NCBI GenBank assembly: GCA_963767415.1
Contig: CAVYEU010000022.1
Coordinates: 15,885-79,884 of the forward strand
Reading direction: 5' to 3'
Origin: an uncultured Eubacteriales bacterium
GTDB taxonomy: Bacteria > Bacillota > Clostridia > Acetivibrionales > CAVYEU01
Length of the DNA: 64,000 nucleotides
How positions within the stretch are numbered: position 1 is the stretch's first letter; the number at the start of each line of letters is the position of its first letter. This document shows, piece by piece, positions 9,675 through 19,700 of this stretch. The notes below the pieces were generated by a model. That model had not been told where the DNA came from. It searched no databases and was given only the letters and a program-made list of their open reading frames with translations. A program made the position numbers and the translations under genes.

Positions 9675-11111
9675 TCAAAATGACTTTTTGTGTTTGAGAT
9701 AATAAGTTGTATAACTTTTATAAATTGTTGTTAATTTATTATCATAACCAAAGGATTTACAAAGTAATTTATATTTTTCATCATATTTTAGATTATCTCT
9801 AAAATCATAATAACTACTTGTATCAAAAAGTTCATTATCAAACACAAAAAGAATATTTTTATCTTTATTTGAATCAGAAAATTCTTTTAATTGTTTTACT
9901 GTATATTCGGCATCATCTTCTAATTCGTTAATTTTTGATTCGAGTATTTTATTATTTCCTGCCATACTACTCCTAAATTGTTTTAAGATTTCATTTAAAG
10001 CTAATCCTACAGATAACTTATATTTACAATCCTTTTTTTCTTTTTCATTGTTTGTATCGATTTCAAAATATACCCCCCTTGCTTTCTTCAAATAAATCTC
10101 AACTATTTTTGGGTCTCTTTCTATGTAACATTTAAATAAAGAATGTTCTTCTTCATTTTCGAAATACAAAACTATTTCATCAAACTTACTTTTTATCCAA
10201 ACTTCTTCTTGATCAGTTTCATTGAAGAGAAAATTCTGTAATTTATAGGCTATGCTATCTTTTAAGTAATATTTATAAATATATTTAGAATCTAAATTTG
10301 TTTCCGTGTGGGATATAAATCCCCATTCTGGTATAGGCGTTATATAATTGCCACCGTCTAAGCTTACTAAGTGAATTTTTTTTAATAGTGTAGTTTTATA
10401 CATTATTTGCAAATTACTATAAAAAAATCCCGAATTGGTCTGAGAATAAACATAAAATTCTCCTCTTTTTCTATCATCTGCCTCATCTTCCTCTATAACC
10501 AACTGGAATTCGGGATTGAAATTGTTATAGAAAACATCCTCATTTCTTGTCCATTCAAATTTATTATTTAATCTATTAACTATTTGGTTTAAAGGTGGTT
10601 GTGTTAAGCCTAGTCGCTTCTTCCACAACATTTCTATTTCTTGATAATTTGAATTTTGAGATATTGATGTGTTCTTATCTCCTTCCCTTGTATAAATATA
10701 ACCCTCTTTAATTTTATTATAACTTTTGCTCTTACTTTTAAGGTAAAAGGGAGTATCATATGAGTTTAGAACAGTAATAACATCAATTTCTTTATCTTTT
10801 AGAATAATTTTGTCTAATTTGACATTCGGAGTATTATCGCCTGCAAAACTGGTATTTGAAAGTAAATCAAGTATATTAGCTTGATCTTTCCTATTATCTT
10901 CAGATACTCCAACTATTTCTCCTGTATTAGATACACCAATTATGATATAACAATTTTTATCATGTACTGTGTTTGCAAAACAAAGTATGTCATGCAAGAG
11001 TTTCTCATTATCTTCATGCCACTTTTGCTTGAAGTCGCAAAAATCGCTTTCTTTTCCAATGGAAATTAAGTGTTCAATGGTATTTTTAAATTCTGGATTA
11101 ATAGCTATCAC
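9675..11111 (-). CDS. AlbA_2 / Schlafen-like DNA-binding-domain protein with a large unknown C-terminal region
   Basis: 478 aa. The N-terminus ESDFCDFKQKW...LLHDILCFANT...CYIIIGVSNTGEIVGV matches the AlbA_2 (divergent AAA/Schlafen) pattern E..EFK...I.AFAN..GG.I.IGV.D.G.I.G. The start codon is uncertain because AGGAGG abuts the GTG at 11111. Confidence 0.5.
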   Translation of the reverse strand: MIAINPEFKNTIEHLISIGKESDFCDFKQKWHEDNEKLLHDILCFANTVHDKNCYIIIGVSNTGEIVGVSEDNRKDQANILDLLSNTSFAGDNTPNVKLDKIILKDKEIDVITVLNSYDTPFYLKSKSKSYNKIKEGYIYTREGDKNTSISQNSNYQEIEMLWKKRLGLTQPPLNQIVNRLNNKFEWTRNEDVFYNNFNPEFQLVIEEDEADDRKRGEFYVYSQTNSGFFYSNLQIMYKTTLLKKIHLVSLDGGNYITPIPEWGFISHTETNLDSKYIYKYYLKDSIAYKLQNFLFNETDQEEVWIKSKFDEIVLYFENEEEHSLFKCYIERDPKIVEIYLKKARGVYFEIDTNNEKEKKDCKYKLSVGLALNEILKQFRSSMAGNNKILESKINELEDDAEYTVKQLKEFSDSNKDKNILFVFDNELFDTSSYYDFRDNLKYDEKYKLLCKSFGYDNKLTTIYKSYTTYYLKHKKSF

Positions 11112-11540
11112 CTCCTGAAAGTTATAATTACGTATAAAAACTTTTTTACTAAAAAAATATTATCATTTCACAAAATTATCGTTTAAATTGCTTAATATTT
11201 CACCAATTTATCTAAGTAATTCACCTATATTTCTAGTTTTGGAGTTTTAATTATAGACAACTTAAAACTGTATGTATATTTTACCATAATTCAAAATGTA
11301 TCTGGTAAAAAACCCAAGTCATTTTAGCGAGCTAAAAACATTTTCAAAAATTTCCTATAGGGTTTGTATGGGTACTGTTGCCGAGGCTTGCCTTCCGCTT
11401 TTTTCTAGGCATTGGGGGGTGGGTATATGTTAGATATTCCGAAACCTGTCTGCCACTTTGGGGCTTGATTTATTGCTACTAAATATATCTCCATCCTATA
11501 CTAAAAAACGTAAGCTAAGAAGAAAGGGGGCAATTTTAAA

Positions 11541-11717
11541 ATGAAGGAAGATCAATTGAAAGATTTAGTCAGACGGGTAAGAAAAGACGGCTATATAAAA
11601 GTAGAAACAAGAGAAATAGCTTTTAAGGTTGCAAGGTTGGCGTTTGAAGACGAAGGCTACATTTTTTCAATTAGAAAGAATCACTTTAATTATTTTGTTT
11701 ATGACGAACAAAATTAA
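11541..11717 (+). CDS. small hypothetical protein (58 aa)
   Basis: Own translation: MKEDQLKDLVRRVRKDGYIKVETREIAFKVARLAFEDEGYIFSIRKNHFNYFVYDEQN. AAAGGGGG RBS lies 8 nt upstream. It is the first plus-strand gene after the divergent region. Confidence 0.4.
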   Translation: MKEDQLKDLVRRVRKDGYIKVETREIAFKVARLAFEDEGYIFSIRKNHFNYFVYDEQN

Positions 11718-11738
11718 AAACAAGGGTTTTGAAGGGGG

Positions 11739-12110
11739 GTGAATAATATACCAGAAAGCTTAAGTAAAAATGAACCAATAGGAAGTAAGTTATTTGAATT
11801 AAATATATCATCCTATGGAGTAGAAATACCGCAACAATATAATCCTATTTTAGAAAACAGGAATACTCATCAAACCACTAAACTAGCCGTTTTTGACAAT
11901 ATTGCTGTAGTTAAGGCCAAATATTTATTAATAATAATTCAAGGAACAAACGAAGCTAAAAAAGAATACGTTAAAAAAATTATTATTAGGAAAGTTAAGG
12001 CTTTAGGAAAAACAATTTACTATATTCGTCTTAATACTGAATTAAAGCGAATAATTGATATTGCTACAACGAAGGTAAAATCAACGTTTATAAGCCTTGA
12101 TAGTTCGTGA
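11739..12110 (+). CDS. hypothetical protein
   Basis: 123 aa ORF. The only start candidate is a GTG placed directly against a GGGGGG run, so the start is doubtful. No motif recognised. A 9 bp stem hairpin (CTTCATATA...TATATGAAG) follows at about 12118-12143. Confidence 0.35.
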   Translation: MNNIPESLSKNEPIGSKLFELNISSYGVEIPQQYNPILENRNTHQTTKLAVFDNIAVVKAKYLLIIIQGTNEAKKEYVKKIIIRKVKALGKTIYYIRLNTELKRIIDIATTKVKSTFISLDSS

Positions 12111-12375
12111 ATTCAGGCTTCATATAAAATCAATTATATGAAGTAAGGCAATATTTTAAAAATTATAAGAAATTGAATTTTACGTTTTTATATTTTAGGT
12201 TTTGAATTGTTTATAAACTTCGGTAATTTTTAAGACTTAAAAATATTATTGCAAGATTTGAAGAAGCAAATAAACAAAATTCAAGTTTAAAATTTAAAAA
12301 GAAATTTATTGCCTTATAAATTACTAGCAAAAAATATTTTAGGGCCAGACGGAGGGAGGAGGCCATACCACTCAC

Positions 12376-12680
12376 TATTCAAAGGTTTGTTTGAACTACA
12401 AATATTATATTTATACAAAAATATATTGAACTAATTGAAAGGTAGTATTTGAACTATACAAAGATATATTGAATTAATTCAAAGGTAATATTTGAACTAG
12501 AATACATTTGAAGTAGGAAAGTAATATTATATTTATTCAATAAAATATACTGTTTATTCAAAAATATATTGAATTAATTCAAAGGTAGTATTTGAACTAG
12601 GAATATATTTGAACTAAATACATTTGGGCTACAAAATATATATTGAACTAATTCAAAACTTAGGTACATTTGATCTATTG
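12376..12680. repeat. iteron-like array: repeats of ATATATTGAAYTAATTSAAAGGTARTATTTGAACTA with extra TTTGAACTA half-sites
   Basis: Near-identical 36 bp units at 12421-12456, 12464-12499 and 12564-12599. Degenerate copies start at about 12376 and 12638. TTTGAACTA occurs at least 6 times. The array lies in a roughly 0.9 kb ORF-free stretch upstream of the early/replication genes. Confidence 0.75.
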
Positions 12681-13047
12681 TGAAGTTATTTGAAAACATA
12701 ATATATAGGGTTAAAGTTGGATTTATACTTAACAAGTAATTTGTAGTTAATAAATACTTGAAATTTTATAGCAAACCACTTCAAATGGCAGTTACTATGT
12801 AGTAAATTTAGGGTTTTGGTATTTCCTTTTCAAGTAATATTCAATTTTTGGTCAGTTGTTTATGTCTTATATGTGTATATATAGGGTGATTTAATATAAT
12901 TTATTTGCATTAGCACTTAAACCACCCTAGCCGCCGCTTGTTCAAAATTTTAAAAACCTAGTTCGTATCAATAAACTAGCTTACAACATGCAAACGCTAA
13001 AATTTGAACCTAGCATTTCAATCTAAAAAAAGAAGGGGTATCTTACT

Positions 13048-13200
13048 ATGAAAAAATATTGTATAGCATTTCAAAATAGTTACGGAAAAATGGGCTTTAT
13101 TATTGAAGCTGAATCTAGTGAAGAAGCTCTAAAAAAAGTTTTAGAAGAAAACAAAATAAATAGTTATTTTGGGGTCGAAGCAATTCAAATTGTACAATAA
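13048..13200 (+). CDS. small hypothetical protein (50 aa)
   Basis: Own translation: MKKYCIAFQNSYGKMGFIIEAESSEEALKKVLEENKINSYFGVEAIQIVQ. AGAAGGGG RBS upstream. Confidence 0.4.
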   Translation: MKKYCIAFQNSYGKMGFIIEAESSEEALKKVLEENKINSYFGVEAIQIVQ

Positions 13201-13260
13201 ATGACCTTGAATAAATTAAACCGTTTATAAAAATAAATCAGATTGGAGCGTGTATAAATT

Positions 13261-13932
13261 ATGAAAATTCAATTTTTTTCAAAAAGAATCCTAGTAGGTA
13301 AATACGGCAATAAGGAAGAAACTGGAGGCAATATTTATATTACTTTAAATTTAGAAGCTAAGAACCAAAAAGCTGAAACTATAAACCACGAAACAATTAC
13401 TGGATATACAATTCTAAGTATGGCAGGGGAAATAAAAGATATAAGTAATAGGAAAAGTATTGAATGTGGCCAAATATTAGACACAATTAAAAACCCTTCT
13501 AATATTAGGGAGTTTGCTATTGATCCAGAAGATTTTAGAATAATAATTGATACTTGGGAAAAATATCACTTGAACGATCAACAACGTATATGTATTCATC
13601 AAAATAGCTTCAATTATAATTTATTACTATTACCTGAAAAAGAAATACAAAAAGCTGTTGACGATGCAAAAATAAGCGAAAACGAAAAAACTATTATAAG
13701 TAGAGTTATAGATAAAGTTGATACATTTAAAGTTTTAAAAATGATTGAAACAGCAAAATGTCCTAAAAAATATGTTTACGGTAGTAAATGGCTATTAAAA
13801 CCGATTCCAGAAGATACTTTGAAAACAATTAAAAATATTTTTAACAAGTATACTTCTGCTGATCCTAATGACTATCAAACAACAACCAGCGAACAAGACA
13901 ACCAAATAAGTTGTAATAGGTGTTTAACATGA
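13261..13932 (+). CDS. hypothetical protein (early region)
   Basis: 223 aa ORF with a GGAGCG RBS-like sequence upstream. No recognisable motif. Confidence 0.55.
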   Translation: MKIQFFSKRILVGKYGNKEETGGNIYITLNLEAKNQKAETINHETITGYTILSMAGEIKDISNRKSIECGQILDTIKNPSNIREFAIDPEDFRIIIDTWEKYHLNDQQRICIHQNSFNYNLLLLPEKEIQKAVDDAKISENEKTIISRVIDKVDTFKVLKMIETAKCPKKYVYGSKWLLKPIPEDTLKTIKNIFNKYTSADPNDYQTTTSEQDNQISCNRCLT

Positions 13933-14192
13933 GTAGATTATCTATTGATCTTATTAAACAAAGGAATAAGAATTCAGGCGGTCACTTTTTTGATGAGAAT
14001 ACTATAAAACTTTTTAAAAGAAAAATTGAAAGTCCGCCAGACATTAACGGGGTTTTTATTACATCCGAACAATATGGAGATCATTCTACCCGAATTTTTA
14101 GGCTAAGAAAATATAATCCTGAAACCTATAGCATTGAAACTATTAGCGAAGATTTAAAAAGTCTTGAAAGTGCAAGATATCAAGAAAATTAA
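13929..14192 (+). CDS. hypothetical protein
   Basis: The track ORF starts at GTG 13920, but ATG 13929 preceded by AGGTG is more plausible and gives a 4 nt overlap with the upstream gene, suggesting translational coupling. Confidence 0.5.
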   Translation: MSRLSIDLIKQRNKNSGGHFFDENTIKLFKRKIESPPDINGVFITSEQYGDHSTRIFRLRKYNPETYSIETISEDLKSLESARYQEN

Positions 14193-14224
14193 TATTAAAA
14201 TTAAATTTTTAAAAAAGAAAGGGC

Positions 14225-14935
14225 ATGGTGTTTTTTATGAAAAAATACATTACTGTTGATTGCTATAATGGCAAATATTCTGTATCTAGTTACGGTTACA
14301 GCACTGAATATAAGGAATGGGAACAAAATTTATTAAATAAATATTTAAATCAAGATAATACAGAACAAATAAGGAATTTTGGAAATATTGTATCCGACTA
14401 TGATAAACAAATAAAAGAACTCCTATTTAAAAAGGGTAAGAACGAATTACAATTGCAAATTATTGAATATTCCGAGGAAGTAAAAACAAAAAATAAGGAT
14501 ATTCAAGAATATATTTCAAATCTAAAAAAATCAAACAAGCTAAATGTTTGGTATAACAACGAAAGAAAATATTTTCCTGAGGATGAAACAATAGAAAATG
14601 GCACTTACAAAATGAATATTTGTGTTTATACATTAACCAATTACAGGGATAAATCAATTGAATATTACCAAGTCAGATATTGGTTTGGTCTTAATGAAAT
14701 TTTAACAAAAAACAGCAATTATAATTCAAAGAGAATACAAAGCGTTGAAAAGAAATTTAGAGGCAACGAAAAAGACCAGATGGAAAAGTATATTAAAGGT
14801 CGCAAACTGCACTATTCTAAATATTTCGAAGAAGAACAGCCTCCTGTTCCTATAGATTTAGCATACTACATTAAAAAACATGGGATTGCTTTAGAAGGTT
14901 ACAAGGTTGAAACTAAAGTTGAAGCTAAAGAATAA
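14225..14935 (+). CDS. hypothetical protein
   Basis: 236 aa ORF with an AAAGGGC RBS-like sequence. No motif recognised. Confidence 0.5.
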   Translation: MVFFMKKYITVDCYNGKYSVSSYGYSTEYKEWEQNLLNKYLNQDNTEQIRNFGNIVSDYDKQIKELLFKKGKNELQLQIIEYSEEVKTKNKDIQEYISNLKKSNKLNVWYNNERKYFPEDETIENGTYKMNICVYTLTNYRDKSIEYYQVRYWFGLNEILTKNSNYNSKRIQSVEKKFRGNEKDQMEKYIKGRKLHYSKYFEEEQPPVPIDLAYYIKKHGIALEGYKVETKVEAKE

Positions 14936-15076
14936 ACCTTTATAAACAGGCAGATCTAAAATTCAATAGTTAATTTTAGATCTGCCTGTATAAAATATAT
15001 GGGCAATGACAATATTTATTTTAAGGTGAAATGTATTGGTATACAAAAATTTTAGCTAATTTAGAGTTGAAAATTG

Positions 15077-15106
15077 TTGAATTTTGTTTCACTACAATGA
15101 TATAAT
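15077..15106 (+). promoter_or_regulatory. housekeeping-sigma-type promoter (TTGAAT-N18-TATAAT)
   Basis: TTGAAT at 15077-15082 and TATAAT at 15101-15106, about 90 nt upstream of the 15195 start. Confidence 0.4.
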
Positions 15107-15194
15107 TTTTCCAAGCTGAATTTATTTAAATGTAAGTTCATATCATTATATATGAAGAACTAATAAAAGTAAGCTTGCTTATGTGGGAGGGTAT

Positions 15195-15695
15195 ATGGTT
15201 ACTAAGGGGCTGTATTCAGACACCGAAAAGAAAGAAGTAATAGCTACACTAAAAGATGGCTATTATAATCAGCATTATACTGATACTGAAATAATTCTTA
15301 CGGTGCTTACTTTGCACCGAATGAAGAATATAGCTCGTGAGGATGTATTTCCTATGTATAAGCAAATATTTAATACTACATCAGAAATTTTGCAGGCATT
15401 AAATACAGCTTTACCTAGTGCTGAAGACAGACAGTTTATTTATGATTTTATTTCTCAACTAGATAAAGAAGATTTCGTCCAAGTTTTAAAAGAACAATAT
15501 TCAAAAAAACAAATAACAAAGATTCATATAACTTCTTTTCTAATTACTATGTATAAAGCACAGAAAATAACAAAAGAAGATTTCTTAGAAATAATAAAAC
15601 AAATAATTAAACCGAAAGACATATTTAAAGCATTTGATTCGATGCATGAAACAATTGATAATGATTTATACGCTTATGTTACAGAAAATGTCTAA
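15195..15695 (+). CDS. hypothetical protein
   Basis: The track ORF starts at GTG 15183. GGGAGGG followed by ATG at 15195 is the likely start. No motif recognised. Confidence 0.55.
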   Translation: MVTKGLYSDTEKKEVIATLKDGYYNQHYTDTEIILTVLTLHRMKNIAREDVFPMYKQIFNTTSEILQALNTALPSAEDRQFIYDFISQLDKEDFVQVLKEQYSKKQITKIHITSFLITMYKAQKITKEDFLEIIKQIIKPKDIFKAFDSMHETIDNDLYAYVTENV

Positions 15696-15911
15696 TCTCC
15701 TTCTGACAAAATACTTAACTTTATAAAAGGGCTTTTTTAAGTCCTTTTATAATTTCTTGAAAATACCCTATTTTTTGTTAAATTTTTAGACCTCGAATTA
15801 TTGCTCTATAACGTCATCATGGTACAATTAAATTATTAGGTATTATCTGCATTTTAAGGCGGTATACTGATCCAGACAGAACATATAGAATGAGAGGAAT
15901 TTTAAGGTTTT

Positions 15912-16265
15912 ATGAAAGAAGATGAAGTTTTAAAAAGAATTAAACAGCTTGCCAAAGAAGGTATTATAAATCAACTTCCAAGAGACAAAAAATTATACAA
16001 GGCTGTAGAGTATCGTTCTTCACTTGACCATATAACAATCGGTGAATATATTAAAAGATATGCATGTGTAGAATTTTACTCAGGCAGAGAAACTCGAAAG
16101 GGTATGGTTTATAAAGGTACTTTAGCTGAAAAACTTCCTCCATCAACTTTGTTTTATCTAAAGGAAACTAAAAAACTTACCTCAAAAGAAATTGCAGGAA
16201 TATATGGTACAACCAGACAGAACATTGATCGGTTGTATCATTCTTATAATAATAGAGTTAATTAA
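15912..16265 (+). CDS. putative HTH DNA-binding protein
   Basis: 117 aa. The C-terminal LTSKEIAGIYGTTRQNIDRLYHSY looks like a sigma-region-4/LuxR-type helix-turn-helix. Confidence 0.45.
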   Translation: MKEDEVLKRIKQLAKEGIINQLPRDKKLYKAVEYRSSLDHITIGEYIKRYACVEFYSGRETRKGMVYKGTLAEKLPPSTLFYLKETKKLTSKEIAGIYGTTRQNIDRLYHSYNNRVN

Positions 16266-16293
16266 TAAAATGAAAGAGTAGGTACTCAATTGT

Positions 16294-16560
16294 ATGGTTA
16301 AATTTTCTTTAGGCCAGATAGTCGTAACAAGAACAGCATTAAAAGCTATTACAGAAAATGATATTAATTCTGCATTATTACGTCATCACAATGGAGATTG
16401 GGGAGAAGTTTGTGAAGAGGATAAGCAAGAAAATGAATTTTCCTTAGAAAATAACTTAAGGATCATGTCAGTTTATTCTTCATCAAATAAAAAGAAATTC
16501 AGGATAATAACTGAAGCAGACAGAAGCTCTACAACTATTTTATTACCCGAAGATTATTAA
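16294..16560 (+). CDS. small conserved phage/plasmid-type protein (GDWG ... ITEADRS.TT.LLPEDY motifs)
   Basis: 88 aa. The LLRHHNGDWGEV ... RIITEADRSSTTILLPEDY pattern is one I recognise from a widespread small-protein family of mobile elements. Function unknown. Confidence 0.5.
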   Translation: MVKFSLGQIVVTRTALKAITENDINSALLRHHNGDWGEVCEEDKQENEFSLENNLRIMSVYSSSNKKKFRIITEADRSSTTILLPEDY

Positions 16561-16718
16561 TAATTACCCAAAGATTATTAATAATTGCAATAGTCTAATA
16601 AACCAGATAAGAACTATATTTTAAGGTGGTAATGTGTGTGTTTGCAAAAAAAATTTTTAGGCCCCTCTTAAAAAATAAGGTTTTATTTCGTATATCAACT
16701 ATGTTAGGGGGGAATAGG

Positions 16719-19700
16719 ATGATATACGCAGAACAGATGGGGCAATGGATTAAAATAAACTTTAAAGCAGACACTGCCACCTTTAAAACAATTGTTACAA
16801 TTTTAAAAACTATTAACGGTAAATTTTTTAATCCAGATAAAAAATTTTGGAGTATTCCTTACTCAAAAAAGGATGAGTTTGAATCCAAATTTTCAAAATT
16901 CCTTATAATTTGGGCAGACGGACGAAATACCAAAGGTAAAAAGGATTGGGGTGTGCCTTGTGACTCCACAATAATTCCTTATGGCTTTAAGGTAAAACCC
17001 TTTGCACACCAGATAGAAGGATTTAATGTAATGGTATCTCAAAAAGCCCTGATTCTTGCAGATGAAATGGGTGCAGGAAAATGCTTAGACAAGCATTCCT
17101 ACGCTCAAGTTAATGATGAAGCTATGACGATGGAAGAATTATGGGAAAAGTATGCAGACACATCTACACTTACCTACGATGATGAAGGAGGAGAATGGGC
17201 TGATTCTAAAGAAAAGCTTATCGTACCATCATTAAATGGTGAAGGTAAACTTGTTAAACAAGAAATAGTAAGGCTTTATAGACAAAGAGTATCGGAAAAT
17301 TTAACAAAAGTATCAACTGTTGGGGGTTATTACGCAACAATAACAAAAAGGCATCAGCTTTTAAGTGAAAATGGCTGGTCTAATAAAATCGGTAATTTTA
17401 TTTCAGGTGTTTCTTATCTACCAGAAGGGAATAGAAAACTTGATAGTGATATATTGGAGCTAATAGCTTGGTCACTGACAGAAGGTTATGAGAGAAGACA
17501 AAATGCAATGATAATCACCCAAAAAGATAAGGAACTATTAAGATCACTAGCTGCTTTAGTTTGTAAAATTGATTTTAAGTATAATCTGGATATCAGCCCG
17601 CAAGTCAAATATTCAAAAAATGGATGTTTCCAGCTATATATATGTGGAAAGAAATTCAAGAACTTTCTTGTTGATATGGGGTATGCATGGAATACAAATT
17701 CTGCTCACAGAAGTATTCCAACAATAATTCAACAATTAGACAATGAACATTTAGCTTTATTTTTAAGACATGTTTTTGATGCTGAAGGATCAGTAGGCAA
17801 GAATTTAATGGAGATAACTTTAGCTTCAGAAAAAATGCTAAATCAAATTGCTTATTTACTTTTACGTTTTGGTATACACATGACAATCCACAATAAAGAG
17901 TCTATGGCATATAACGGTAAAAGAATTAAAAGAACTTATTTTAGGGGAAATATCTGCGGAGATGAAGCAAGAAAATTTAAAGAACTTATCGGATTCAATA
18001 CGGGATATAAATCAAGATTACTTGATGAATTATGTGATAGACCTTCAAATCCTAATATTGATGTTATACCTACATTAAAGCTATTACAGGAATTTAAAGA
18101 AGTAACAAATTTACCTATGCTGCATTTTTGCACTCATGCAATTTATATCAAGTCACAGAATTGTTCTCGTGATTCTGCTAAAAAGGTTATAGCTTTATTA
18201 GATAAAATTATTAGTGGAGAAACCCTTGAAAAATATAAGTTGTTAGCACGTTCAAAGTGGACAGATGCTACTTTAGAAGCATATGAAAAACTCGATATTA
18301 ATTACGTTATTGAAGCCAGAAACAAAATTCAAAATATGCTTGATAAAGATTTATTGTATTTAAAAGTAACTAAAGTTGAAGATATTTGGTATGATGATTA
18401 TGTTTATGACTTAGAAGTAAAGGACACTCATAATTTTGTAGGCGGTGTTGGTGGACTTATGCTGCATAACACTGTTCAAGCCCTTACCGCTATGGAAGCA
18501 AGATATTTATTGGGTCAGATAAAAAGGGTATTAATTATTACAAAAGCATCTCTTACTTACAACTGGCAAAATGAGGCAGCCAAGTTTACCAGACAAAAAG
18601 CTGTTGTTTTAGGTGGCTCAAAAAATGAACGAATGAAACAGTATGCTGATTTATACTATGACAAAAAAACCTTATTTTTTATTACAAGTTATGAAACTTA
18701 CAGAAATGATTACTTCCATTTCCAACAGTTCTATTGGAGTGCCATGATCCTGGACGAATCACAAAAAGTAAAGGGTTGGAACACTAAAATCGGTGAATTG
18801 ATTCATGAAATAGATGCCGATTATAAATATGCTTTAACAGGAACACCTATAATAAATACACCATTAGAAGCATATAACATTTTAAAATGGTTAGGTGTCG
18901 AAAAACGCGACTGGTGGACTTTTAGAAACAGATATGCTGTTTTGGGTGGTTTTAATGACAAGGAAATTGTCGGGTATAAGAATTTGCCTGAGTTACAACA
19001 AAAAATTCAGAATGTTTTACTTAGAAGATTAAAAGAGGATGTTTTAGACCTTCCTCCTAAAATTAGGCAAGTTGTACTTTTAGAAATGACAGCTTCACAA
19101 AAGAAAGTATATAAAAATGTTAAAGCTGGCATCATTAATGAAACTTTAGGAGCTATGCAAACTGGAGAGATACATCCTTTAGTTGAACTTATCAGGCTTA
19201 AGCAATGTACATCATCAATCAGGATTTTTGAAGGGATTGAGGTTTCAGATGATGAGCATTCAGTTAAAATAAATACACTTAAAGAATATTTAGAAGATAT
19301 TTGCATTAGCAATAAAGCTGTAGTTTTTACACAATTTAAAACTGTAGTAAAAATACTTTTAAAGGATAAAGAAATTTTAAAGTATAACCCGGCTGTAATA
19401 ACTGGTGATGTTCATTCAGCTGCCAGAGCTGGAGAAAATACCTCAGATCGACAAAGGCAAGTTGACAAATTCCAAAACGATTCCTCTTGCCGCCTTTTTA
19501 TCGGAACACTCGGTTCTTGCAGGGAAGGATTGACTTTAACTGAAGGTAATTATGTATTTTTCTTAGATGAAGAATGGGCTGAAGCTTACAACCAGCAGGG
19601 GGAAGATCGATGCATGAGAATCGGGCAACAAAAGACAGTTAATATCTATAGATTTAGGTGCAAGGATACTATTGATGAGATTATAGGGCAGGTATTACTT

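Noticed and set aside
11330-11470. The relatively GC-rich patches (GGGTACTGTTGCCGAGGCTTGCCTTCCGC..., GGGGGGTGGG, and GGGCCAGACGGAGGGAGGAGGCC at 12343-12365) could be tRNA or attachment-site remnants.
   Set aside because: I could not fold a cloverleaf or find T-loop (GTTCRANYC) or D-loop signatures. The stems available are only 4 bp. It is left unannotated.
12376-12680. The repeat array could be a CRISPR array.
   Set aside because: The units are degenerate and irregularly spaced (43 and 100 bp between full units). They share sequence with the intervening DNA (extra TTTGAACTA half-sites). No cas genes are nearby.
12950-13000. TTCAAA-N16-TCGTATCA, upstream of the 13048 small ORF, could be a seventh copy of the phage promoter motif.
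   Set aside because: Both hexamers deviate (TTCAAA for CCTAAA, TCGTATCA for TCGTATAT). By eye I cannot distinguish it from chance in AT-rich DNA. It should be re-evaluated with a weight matrix.
16595-16780. Minus-strand 61 aa ORF, and the upstream extension of the helicase ORF to 16626.
   Set aside because: The helicase has a much better start at 16719 (GGGGGG-N6-ATG). The 16626 extension and the antisense ORF fall in what is more likely the promoter and leader region.
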